Below are positions 38,045 through 45,984 of a stretch of 55,715 nt of DNA, one piece after another. Source of the stretch: an uncultured Oscillospiraceae bacterium (GTDB taxonomy: Bacteria > Bacillota > Clostridia > Christensenellales > Aristaeellaceae); NCBI GenBank assembly GCA_964600835.1, contig CAZRLM010000001.1:1-55715 (forward strand), read 5' to 3'. A model generated the notes under the pieces. The model did no database searches, was not told where the DNA came from, and was given only the letters and a program-made list of their open reading frames with translations. Position 1 is the first letter of the stretch. Each line of letters starts with the position of its first letter. Made by a program: the position numbers and the translations under genes.

Positions 38045-39316
38045 TTACTTCACCTTGCTGAAGTCCAGCTCGGGATAGGTATCCTGAATATCGGCCAGGA
38101 AGTCGGCAATGATCTGCTCGTTGGTCTTGCCTTCCTTGATGCCAGAATTCGCGTAGTTGGTGAACTTGTTCTGCAGGCCGCGCGTATACTGGTCAGGCAC
38201 GATATCAGCGATGTTGTTGCAGATAGCGTCGTAGGTCTTCATGATGTTCTGGCCGCCGAAGTTGTCGTTGGTGTAGTCCGGGCCCAGAACGTTGACGATG
38301 TTCTTGTTAGCGGGCATCTGGTTATTGGCCTTGAGGTTCTCCAGCTGATACGTTTCCGTGGTGAGGAACTCGATGAACTTCACGCACAGATCCTTCTTCT
38401 CGGAGTTAGCGTAGATGGCGCGATAGGTGCCGCCCTCATAGGAGGCCAGGAACGGAGCAGCCACGCCCACGTTGCCGGTGTTGATGCTCCAATCGGTGAA
38501 GAAGTCCCAGCTGGGCATGACGCGGATCAGCAGGGTGCCGTTGTTCCAGGCGCTCGCCCAGTCGCCGCCCCAGGACCCCAGGTCAGCCACGATGCCGGCA
38601 TTCCAGAAGTCGCGCATGGTGTCCAGCAGGATGTACCAGCCGTCCTCGATCTCCACAACGCCGTTGCGGGCCAGGGGGGTCAGGCTGTAGCCGGCAACCT
38701 TGACCATCTCGCCCAGGTTGGGCCAGAGGTACACTTCGCCATTGGACTTTTCCTTGATCTCAAGCGCCTTTTCCTTGATGGCGTCCCAGGAGGACAGCAT
38801 CGCGGAAATTTCGGCGTCGTCGCTGGTGCCCAGCCACTTCTCCATCGCGTCGCGCAGATACCAGAAGGCGACGGGGGACACGTTGTCGCACACGCCCTTC
38901 AGCGCGCCGGTGGAGTCAGTGCCCATGGCCACGGCCCAGTCATAGTAGGCGTTGCAAACCTCACCCAGACCCAGATCGTCCAGGTTGGCCAGCAGGGGGC
39001 TGTCGATGAACTTGTAAACGTAGCCTTCCTCCAGGTCGAACAGGTCCGGCACGCCCTGCTGCGTGGGCAGCGTGTTCATCAGCTTGGTCTGGTAGTCATC
39101 GCCGCCAAAGACCTGCAGGTCGATGGTCACGTTGGGGTACTTCTTCTCAAACTGTTCCTTCAGGAAGGGCGCCTGATCGAAGTAGGTCCACCAGGTGAAG
39201 GTGCCGCTCAGGCTCTCGTCCACCTCGTAGGGATTGGTCTCCTCGGCCACCGCGGACACTGCGATGCAGCTCAGCAGCATGGCCAGGCACAGAACCACAG
39301 ACAGGATACGCTTCAT
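38045..39316 (-). CDS. Carbohydrate ABC transporter substrate-binding lipoprotein
   Basis: The signal peptide has the lipobox LLSC. Size and composition fit family-1 sugar-binding proteins. RBS AAGGAGGAGG. Confidence 0.8.
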   Translation of the reverse strand: MKRILSVVLCLAMLLSCIAVSAVAEETNPYEVDESLSGTFTWWTYFDQAPFLKEQFEKKYPNVTIDLQVFGGDDYQTKLMNTLPTQQGVPDLFDLEEGYVYKFIDSPLLANLDDLGLGEVCNAYYDWAVAMGTDSTGALKGVCDNVSPVAFWYLRDAMEKWLGTSDDAEISAMLSSWDAIKEKALEIKEKSNGEVYLWPNLGEMVKVAGYSLTPLARNGVVEIEDGWYILLDTMRDFWNAGIVADLGSWGGDWASAWNNGTLLIRVMPSWDFFTDWSINTGNVGVAAPFLASYEGGTYRAIYANSEKKDLCVKFIEFLTTETYQLENLKANNQMPANKNIVNVLGPDYTNDNFGGQNIMKTYDAICNNIADIVPDQYTRGLQNKFTNYANSGIKEGKTNEQIIADFLADIQDTYPELDFSKVK

Positions 39317-39377
39317 ATTTGGGTTCCTCCTCCTTATTTATTACAGGCAAATGCCTGCTGGGAGCAAATGTTGGATG

Positions 39378-40250
39378 TCAGCCCTTGACGGCCGCACCGA
39401 TGGCGATCTTCTCCATAATCACCTTGTTGGCGAAAGCGAAGATGACCAGCAGGGGAGCGACGGAAATCAGGATGCCGACGTACTGCGCGCCGTAATCGGA
39501 CGAACCGTTACCGCTGCGGATGGAGGCGAGCAGTACAGGCAGGGTCATCATGTCGGTCTTGTTCAGGATCAGCAACGGATTCAGGTAGCTGTTCCAGTTG
39601 CCGATGAAGCTCATGACGCCCTGGGTGACAAGCGCGGCGCCCATGCAGGGCAGCACGATCTTGTGGTAGATGCCAATCTCGCCGCAGCCGTCGATCAGGG
39701 CAGCCTCAATCATCTCATTGGGCAGGCCGGAATCGAGGTACTGCTTGAAGAAGAACACGGCGAAGCAGTTTGATATGGCAGGGATGATCAGCGGCCAATA
39801 GGTGTTGAGCAGCTTCATATCGCTGACCTCGCGGAAGAAGCCGATCACACCGAGCTGCCCGGGGAGCATCATCACAACCATGATGAAGCCAAACAGCGCG
39901 CCACGGCCGCGGAAGTTGAACTTGGCGAAAGCATAGCCCGTCAGCGCCGAAAAATACAGGCACAGGCAGGTGTTGACAACGGACAGCCACATGGAGTTGA
40001 AGAAGCCGAGCCAGATGTTCTTGTTCTGCATCATGCGGTTGTAGTTGTCCATGAACTTATCGCCAGGAATCAGGGAAAACTTGGTCGTAATGGTCAGGTT
40101 GTCCTGCGTGGAGCCAACCAGCATCGCCATGAAAGGGAAGAAGCAGATCGCCGCCATCACAAGCAGCACAAGGTAGAGCAGTGCATGGCACGCATGGCGC
40201 TTGAAGCGGGCCTGCGTATTGATCGCATTGGACGTAGCCAGGCTTGTCAT
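39378..40250 (-). CDS. Carbohydrate ABC transporter permease (MalG-like)
   Basis: Six hydrophobic segments and an EAA-like loop EAALIDGCGEIGIYHKIVLP. Confidence 0.85.
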   Translation of the reverse strand: MTSLATSNAINTQARFKRHACHALLYLVLLVMAAICFFPFMAMLVGSTQDNLTITTKFSLIPGDKFMDNYNRMMQNKNIWLGFFNSMWLSVVNTCLCLYFSALTGYAFAKFNFRGRGALFGFIMVVMMLPGQLGVIGFFREVSDMKLLNTYWPLIIPAISNCFAVFFFKQYLDSGLPNEMIEAALIDGCGEIGIYHKIVLPCMGAALVTQGVMSFIGNWNSYLNPLLILNKTDMMTLPVLLASIRSGNGSSDYGAQYVGILISVAPLLVIFAFANKVIMEKIAIGAAVKG

Positions 40251-40252
40251 GA

Positions 40253-41152
40253 TCAGGCAACCTCCTTCTTATTGCGACCCTGGAAAGCGTTAAAGAGGAT
40301 GGAGAGCAGCGAGAACGCGCCAATGATGAGAGCGATGGTGTACGCAGCTGCCGCGCCATAGCCGAACTGCCAGTTTTCAAAGGCCGATTCGTACATATAC
40401 AGCACCATGGTGCGGGTGGCGTAGGCGTCCGTACCGCCGCCGAAGAGCATCTTCGGAATGTCGAAAATCTGCAAGCCGCCAATGACGGAGGTAATCATGA
40501 TGTACAGCATGATGGGTCGCAGCAGCGGCAGGGTGATCTTGGTGGTTCGATGCCATGCGTTTGCGCCGTCCACTTCAGCGGCCTCGTATACATCCGTGGA
40601 GATGGAATGCAGTCCGGCGGTGATGAAGATGATGTTGTAGCCGAAGTTCTGCCAGCAGATCGCCAGACCGCCGACAAGCTTTGCCAGGACGGGCGTCTCC
40701 TTGAAGTTGACCGCCTGGTCAAACAGCCCGATGGAGGTGAACAGGTTGTTGATCGCGCCGCCCGGATAGCCGAAAAGCAGGGTGAACAGCATACCGATGG
40801 TAATCGGGGTGATCAGATTCGGGAAGTAATACACGCTGCGCAGCGCATTCTTTCCCTTGACCCAGCGCTCGTTGAGGATCAGTGAAAGGATGATCGCGAT
40901 GGTCAGCTGCGGGATAATGGAGATCAGCCAAATCTCGATGGTGTTCAGCACGCTGCTCCAGAAGTAGTTCGATTGGAACAGGCGGATGTAGTTATCCCAG
41001 CCCACCGGCGTAAGCTTCAGCGTCAGCGGATTATAGCTGTGAAAAGAAATATACAGCGAGTAGAAGATCGGGTAAATACTAAAGGTCAAAAACGAGGCGA
41101 AGAACGGGAAAATGAACAGGTAAGCCCATTTTTGACGCTTTCGCGTATTCAT
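40253..41152 (-). CDS. Carbohydrate ABC transporter permease (MalF-like)
   Basis: EAAEVDGANAWHRTTKITLPLL EAA motif. ATG 41152 lies 7 nt after AAGGAG. The RBS overlaps the LacI stop codon. Confidence 0.85.
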   Translation of the reverse strand: MNTRKRQKWAYLFIFPFFASFLTFSIYPIFYSLYISFHSYNPLTLKLTPVGWDNYIRLFQSNYFWSSVLNTIEIWLISIIPQLTIAIILSLILNERWVKGKNALRSVYYFPNLITPITIGMLFTLLFGYPGGAINNLFTSIGLFDQAVNFKETPVLAKLVGGLAICWQNFGYNIIFITAGLHSISTDVYEAAEVDGANAWHRTTKITLPLLRPIMLYIMITSVIGGLQIFDIPKMLFGGGTDAYATRTMVLYMYESAFENWQFGYGAAAAYTIALIIGAFSLLSILFNAFQGRNKKEVA

Positions 41153-41168
41153 ACGTTCACTCCTTCTT

Positions 41169-42161
41169 TCAGGTTGTCTCGCGGACAATCAACTCTGGCG
41201 TGATCAGTGTCGGCGTTTTCTTGGCGAGCGGCTCGCCGGCGATGAGGGCGAGGAGCGTTTCCAGCGCTTTCTCACCGATGCAATGGAACGGCTGCTTCAA
41301 CGTGGTGATGCCGGGTCTGGTATGCGCACAGATTGGATCATCGTCGAAACCCGCGACGGCAATGTCCTCCGGCACGCGGCGACCGCTGTCCGTGACGGCC
41401 AGCAGTCCGCCATAGGTGGAATAGGCGTTGGAACCAATCAGCGCCGTGAAATTTGTCTCTTTCAGCATTTCGCTTACCTGCTTGTAAGCGTCTTTGATGG
41501 TCCAGCTGACCTGCCGGATCAGGGCTTGATCGGGTGCAATCCCGGCTGATTCCAGCGCGTGCAGGTAGCCTTGCAGCCGCGTTTCCGAAGCGGGCATGGA
41601 GGACGGGCCTTGCAGATAAGCGATTCGGCGATGACCGCGCTCAATGAGATAGGCAACCTCTTCCTCCGTGACGCGGCTGTTGTACACATCCACGACCGGC
41701 AATGCGTCGGTTCCACAGGCATCGCCCACCAGAACAATCGGGCTGCCGCTTTGCTCCAGCAGCTGAACGTTTTCCGGAAGCCGTCTGCCCATAGAAACGA
41801 AGATCAGGCCGTCCACCATGCTGGAGGAAACAAGCGGTAGAAAATCGGCTTCGATACGGCTGCCTGTGGCGCGGGAGAGAAAGAGACAGTTGAAGCCATG
41901 CACCCGCGCGGCATCCTGAAAGCCGGCCATCATATCGCCATACACATAGTTGGAAATATCGTCAAATACGATGCCCACCATGCTGCTTTGGCTTTTGACC
42001 AACCGTCTCGCGTTCACATTCGGGCTGTAACCGCTGCGTTCAATGGCGGCTTCAATCTGCTCGGCCTTTTGCGGGCTGATGCTTCCGCCGTTCAGGTAGC
42101 GCGAAACGGTGCTCTTCGAGGTGCCGGCTTGCACCGCAATATCGAAGATCGTAACGGCCAC
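41169..42161 (-). CDS. LacI-family transcriptional regulator
   Basis: The N-terminal HTH VTIFDIAVQAGTSKSTVSRYLNG...ARRL is followed by a periplasmic-binding-protein fold. The start GTG 42161 is preferred, downstream of GGAGGTG. Confidence 0.85.
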   Translation of the reverse strand: MAVTIFDIAVQAGTSKSTVSRYLNGGSISPQKAEQIEAAIERSGYSPNVNARRLVKSQSSMVGIVFDDISNYVYGDMMAGFQDAARVHGFNCLFLSRATGSRIEADFLPLVSSSMVDGLIFVSMGRRLPENVQLLEQSGSPIVLVGDACGTDALPVVDVYNSRVTEEEVAYLIERGHRRIAYLQGPSSMPASETRLQGYLHALESAGIAPDQALIRQVSWTIKDAYKQVSEMLKETNFTALIGSNAYSTYGGLLAVTDSGRRVPEDIAVAGFDDDPICAHTRPGITTLKQPFHCIGEKALETLLALIAGEPLAKKTPTLITPELIVRETT

Positions 42162-42220
42162 TCCATGAACCACCTCCGCCTCAAACGTTGTACCGTGCGG
42201 GAATCCATCAGATTGATTGT

Positions 42221-42236
42221 TTGGGAACGTTCCCAA
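42221..42236. promoter_or_regulatory. 16-bp perfect palindromic LacI-type operator
   Basis: TTGGGAACGTTCCCAA has a central CG and sits just downstream of the -10 of the lacI-ABC operon promoter. Confidence 0.65.
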
Positions 42237-42247
42237 CTGACAAAAAT

Positions 42248-42276
42248 ATATTATCATGAACGATCGCGTGTGTCAA
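42248..42276 (-). promoter_or_regulatory. Sigma-A promoter of the LacI-ABC-MBL-ROK/SIS-phosphorylase gene string
   Basis: Minus strand reads TTGACA (42271-42276), 17 nt, then TAATAT (42248-42253). Confidence 0.65.
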
Positions 42277-42448
42277 TAGATATTTTCACATTTTGGTTGA
42301 TTTTTTTCAGAAAAAATCATCACCGAAGAGAAAAAACAGCCGAGCTTGTCAAAAACAGGAGGATAGGGGACTGATAGGCCATGCGCTTTATGGGTTTTAG
42401 CTGCGTCTGTGCGAAAATTCGACCGATATGAAAAAATATGACGGAATC

Positions 42449-42474
42449 AAAAAAGTGGCCGCAGCCACTTTTTG
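42449..42474. terminator. Bidirectional-looking terminator after the aldolase gene
   Basis: AAAAAAGTGGC-cgca-GCCACTTTTT. Confidence 0.7.
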
Positions 42475-42491
42475 AAACGGTGCATATATTG

Positions 42492-43154
42492 TTACGCCTG
42501 CCAGGGACGGGGCGGTCGATAGCCGCTCTCGGTGAGGAAGGAGCGGCGCTCCTCCTCGCTGACGGGGTGAAGCGGAAGGCCGCACTGCCGGGCTTCCAGC
42601 GCCATATGGCAGGTGTTTTCCAGCACCTCCAGCGCGGCGCGGGCTTCGGTGAGGGACTTGTCGTAGAGGATCACGCCGTGATTCTTCATCAGGATAACGT
42701 TTGCGTCCTTCGCAGCCTGCTCAATCATGTCAGACAGCGCTACGCTGCCGGGATGGGCGTAACCGATGCGCACAAGCCGCTGAAGGTAGTACATATTCTC
42801 CACAAACAGGTTGTTGGGAATTTCCAGCTCGCTCGAAGCCGCCAGCGTGGTATAGAAGGGCGAGACATGAATCGCCGCCTTGGCCCAGGGCGCCTGCCGA
42901 TAAATGCCCAGATGGCATTGAAGCTCCTTGGAAGGCTTACGACCGGTGAAGGTACCGTCCGGAATGGAGCACAGGGCAAAGTCCTGCTCAGTCAGCTGAT
43001 CAAACCGTGTGCCGCTGGCGGTGACGACGGCGTGCGTCTCGTCGATGCGCACGCTCATGTTGCCAGCGCTGCCCCAGGTCATCCGCATCTCCATGATCCA
43101 CTTGCCAGCGTCTATCATGGCGCGAACGGCTTCCTGATAGATTTCGTTATTCAT
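42492..43154 (-). CDS. Class II aldolase/adducin-family protein (fuculose-/ribulose-phosphate aldolase/epimerase-like)
   Basis: WGSAGNMSVR, PSKELQCHLGIY and MKNHGVILY motifs. ATG 43154 overlaps the kinase stop (ATGA). The 313-aa track ORF is an artefactual N-terminal extension. Confidence 0.75.
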   Translation of the reverse strand: MNNEIYQEAVRAMIDAGKWIMEMRMTWGSAGNMSVRIDETHAVVTASGTRFDQLTEQDFALCSIPDGTFTGRKPSKELQCHLGIYRQAPWAKAAIHVSPFYTTLAASSELEIPNNLFVENMYYLQRLVRIGYAHPGSVALSDMIEQAAKDANVILMKNHGVILYDKSLTEARAALEVLENTCHMALEARQCGLPLHPVSEEERRSFLTESGYRPPRPWQA

Positions 43155-44593
43155 AGGGATACCGCCTTTCTGTTTGAAATGGTCAGCCGCATCAGCGGCA
43201 AGTATTGACCGTTGTAAAGCTGCTCGTATGCCGCCTGACGCTCGGCGTTTGGGGAAAAGGTTTCGCTCAGGCGCATTGCGGGGAGCCGTGCTGTTCCGGT
43301 TTGCGGGCCGGACGCCATGCGCGCCGCGCCGTACAGGGTGCCTTCGTCCAGCGCGGGGAGACACACCTGCGCGCCGGTTACATCCGACAGCGTCTGCATC
43401 AACCGACGATGCCGGGTCAGCCCGCCCGTGCATACAAGGCGATCATGCTTGCCCATGGCGGCGAGTACGAAGCGGCTCTCCATCGCCAGTCCCTCGTATA
43501 CAGCTGCCAGAATCGTACCCCGCGCGGTGTCTGACCGCAGACCTGTCAGCGCGCCGACAGCGTGCGGTTCCAGGTGCGGCGCGCCGCTGCCGGCCAGATA
43601 GGGGAGATACGTCAGCCCGGTTGGCCAGGGAGCCGCGCTGGCTTCCGCCATCATCACGTCATAATCGCAGCCGGGGAACAGCAGCGACTTCCAGTAATTG
43701 ATGGAAGCGCCGGCGGACTGGATGGAACCAAGACAGGTGTATGCGTTTTCCACGGGTGACGGGCCGAAGGACAGCCCGGTTTGCGCGTCATCCGGGGAAA
43801 AGTGATGACGTCCACATAGCATCACCTGCGCCGTGCCCATTGAGAGCAGCACGCCACCGCCCTGCAGCAGATCAGCGCCGTAGGCCGCGCAGATGTGATC
43901 ATGGCCGCCGATGCAAACCGGGATGCCTGCGCGCAATCCCAGCACGCCGCCGCGAGTCATACCGACAGGCGTTCCAGAAGGAATGACCTGCGGGAAAACG
44001 GAAAGCGGCAGATGCAGGGCCTGGAGAAACGACGCATCCCAGCGGCGCGCGGCAATGTCATAGGCCAGCGTGCGGGCCGCGAGGGTTTCGTCGGTTGCCA
44101 TTGCGCCGGTGAGCAGAAGCGCCGCCTGCTCCACAACGCCCAGAAAACAAACCTGATCGAGCGGCACCGTTAGCTGCTCTTTCATGGCAAGAAGCTTGAA
44201 AATGCCATATTTGAAGCTCAGCGGCAGGCCGGTAATGGCGGGGCGGGCGGCAAAGAGCGGCGTGTCCTTCAATCGGTCGAAGATCGGAATGGAACGCTGG
44301 TCGTACCAGGGGCGAATGGCTGTTAGCGGTCGGCCCGTCTGCAGTTCCACGAACCCGCCGGATTCTGCCATACCCGTCAATGCAATTGCCTGCACGGTAT
44401 CAAGGCCGGGCAACTCGCTTAGCAGCGCGGCAAGCGTGTCGGGCAGCGCGTGCGGATCAAAGCAGGGGGATCCGTCCTCCGGCACGGTGGGCGTCGGTCG
44501 ATGGGAGAGCGCCGCCAAGCGACCATCCTGATGGAACAGCGCGGCCTTCCAATTGGTAGAGCCAAGATCAAGGGCGAGAATCAATTCCGTCAT
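43151..44593 (-). CDS. FGGY-family carbohydrate kinase
   Basis: ILALDLGSTNWKAALF phosphate-1 motif and C-terminal GGLTRH...DV.G. The exact start is uncertain; TTG 44584 has better RBS spacing. Confidence 0.8.
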   Translation of the reverse strand: MTELILALDLGSTNWKAALFHQDGRLAALSHRPTPTVPEDGSPCFDPHALPDTLAALLSELPGLDTVQAIALTGMAESGGFVELQTGRPLTAIRPWYDQRSIPIFDRLKDTPLFAARPAITGLPLSFKYGIFKLLAMKEQLTVPLDQVCFLGVVEQAALLLTGAMATDETLAARTLAYDIAARRWDASFLQALHLPLSVFPQVIPSGTPVGMTRGGVLGLRAGIPVCIGGHDHICAAYGADLLQGGGVLLSMGTAQVMLCGRHHFSPDDAQTGLSFGPSPVENAYTCLGSIQSAGASINYWKSLLFPGCDYDVMMAEASAAPWPTGLTYLPYLAGSGAPHLEPHAVGALTGLRSDTARGTILAAVYEGLAMESRFVLAAMGKHDRLVCTGGLTRHRRLMQTLSDVTGAQVCLPALDEGTLYGAARMASGPQTGTARLPAMRLSETFSPNAERQAAYEQLYNGQYLPLMRLTISNRKAVSL

Positions 44594-44731
44594 CCTCCGT
44601 CAAAATCTGTCATGATTATATCACCGGCACGAACGCTTTGCAAGACGCGTTCATTTTTTCATTGCAAAAATCACACTTTTGTAATAAAATATATATTGAA
44701 TCAGATCTTGATACAGTTGGAGGATGAGGGC

Positions 44732-45508
44732 ATGATCCCTACGCTGAGACAACAGGAGCTGCTTGATTTGCTGCGCCAAAACAAAAAAATCTTTTTTCTG
44801 ACGGAGCTGGTAGAGCTGCTTAATGTGTCCGAATCAACGCTGCGCCGTGATTTAAAAACGTTGGCGGCGGACGGGAGCATTCAGATGCTTCGCGGCGGCG
44901 GCGTATGTTTGCCCCCGGGCGACGTGGAGCTGGACATGGAGTCCAAGCTGAACGTTTGCCCGGCGGAGAAGAAACGCATCGCCAAATATGCGGCGACGAT
45001 GGTTCAGCCGGGCGACATTGTGTTTATGGATCCGTCGAGCATCTGCTATATGATGATTGATTATCTGACGGCGGAGAATATCACGGTGGTGACGAATTCC
45101 TGCGCGAACGCGGTCAGCCTGCTCAAACAGAACATTCCCTGCATCATGATTGGCGGGCAGACGAAAAAGGGAACCTTTGCCTGCATTGGTAGCATGGCAA
45201 GCGATTTGATGGGCAAGTTGTGGTTCAATAAGTGCTTCCTGGGCGCAAACGGCATCACCGAGCAATTCGGGCTTACCAACCATGATCCGGATGAATGCTC
45301 CATCAAACGGTTGGCCATCAAGCGCTCAAACGACGTGTGCTTTCTGGTCAACTCCGCTAAAGCAGGCGTGATGACGATGTGCCAGGTAGCGCCGATCGAC
45401 CGCTATCGCGTGCTGATGGAACGGCCGGTGGATGCGCTGCGCAAATACAGCAACATTATCACCGTGCCGGAGGACGACGCGGCGGAGGATACCGGCGCGA
45501 CCATGTGA
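44732..45508 (+). CDS. DeoR/GlpR-family transcriptional regulator
   Basis: RQQELLDLLRQNKKIFFLTELVELLNVSESTLRRDLKTLAADGSI HTH plus a C-terminal sugar-phosphate-binding domain. RBS GGAGGATGAGGG. It is divergent from the kinase/aldolase pair. Confidence 0.85.
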   Translation: MIPTLRQQELLDLLRQNKKIFFLTELVELLNVSESTLRRDLKTLAADGSIQMLRGGGVCLPPGDVELDMESKLNVCPAEKKRIAKYAATMVQPGDIVFMDPSSICYMMIDYLTAENITVVTNSCANAVSLLKQNIPCIMIGGQTKKGTFACIGSMASDLMGKLWFNKCFLGANGITEQFGLTNHDPDECSIKRLAIKRSNDVCFLVNSAKAGVMTMCQVAPIDRYRVLMERPVDALRKYSNIITVPEDDAAEDTGATM

Positions 45509-45547
45509 GCCGACACGGTTCAGCCGGAATGAAGAGAGGCGAGGAAA

Positions 45548-45910
45548 ATGGCAGATCAGGAAGTGGAAGCGTGCGGGTATCTGTGCGTCCATGAGGAGCT
45601 GGTGGCGCAGGTACGCCGAACGCTGCCGGAGGACAGAATGCTGTCCCGGCTGGCGGAGCTGTTCAAAATCTTTGGCGACGAGACGCGCATCCGCATTCTG
45701 TATGTGCTCTTTGAAGCGGAAGTGTGTGTGTGCGACCTGGCGAAGCTGCTGGGAATGACCCAGTCTGCCGTATCCCATCAGCTGCGGATTCTCAAGCAGG
45801 CGCGGCTGATCAAAAGCCGACGGGATGGCAAAACCGTGTTTTATTCGCTGGCGGACGAACACGTCCGTACGCTGCTTAGCCAGGGCACAGAGCATTTGCA
45901 GGAGGACTGA
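45548..45910 (+). CDS. ArsR/SmtB-family metal-sensing repressor
   Basis: ELFKIFGDETRIRILYVLFEAEVCVCDLAKLLGMTQSAVSHQLRILK carries the CVC alpha-3 thiolate site, plus extra N-terminal Cys residues. Confidence 0.85.
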   Translation: MADQEVEACGYLCVHEELVAQVRRTLPEDRMLSRLAELFKIFGDETRIRILYVLFEAEVCVCDLAKLLGMTQSAVSHQLRILKQARLIKSRRDGKTVFYSLADEHVRTLLSQGTEHLQED

Positions 45911-45917
45911 GCAGGAG

Positions 45918-45965
45918 AAAGCCCCGAGGGGCGCTGCATGAAGCAGCGTTCTCTCGGGGCTTTTT
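45918..45965. terminator. Bidirectional rho-independent terminator
   Basis: AAAGCCCCGAG...(inner GCGCTGC/GCAGCG hairpin)...CTCGGGGCTTTTT lies between convergent genes. Confidence 0.8.
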
Positions 45966-45984
45966 GTGTGAATTTCCGCGGCTG

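Noticed and set aside
38045-41152. An apparently lower GC and different codon feel in the ABC transporter genes, as a hint of horizontal transfer
   Set aside because: I cannot quantify composition reliably by eye. Membrane and secreted proteins naturally shift codon and amino-acid usage, and the genes are embedded in a coherent LacI-controlled operon.
42492-43154. Possible loss of one metal-binding His in the class II aldolase/adducin protein (IHVSP instead of the usual HxH)
   Set aside because: The register of the motif cannot be fixed without a real alignment. It is too uncertain to report as a finding.
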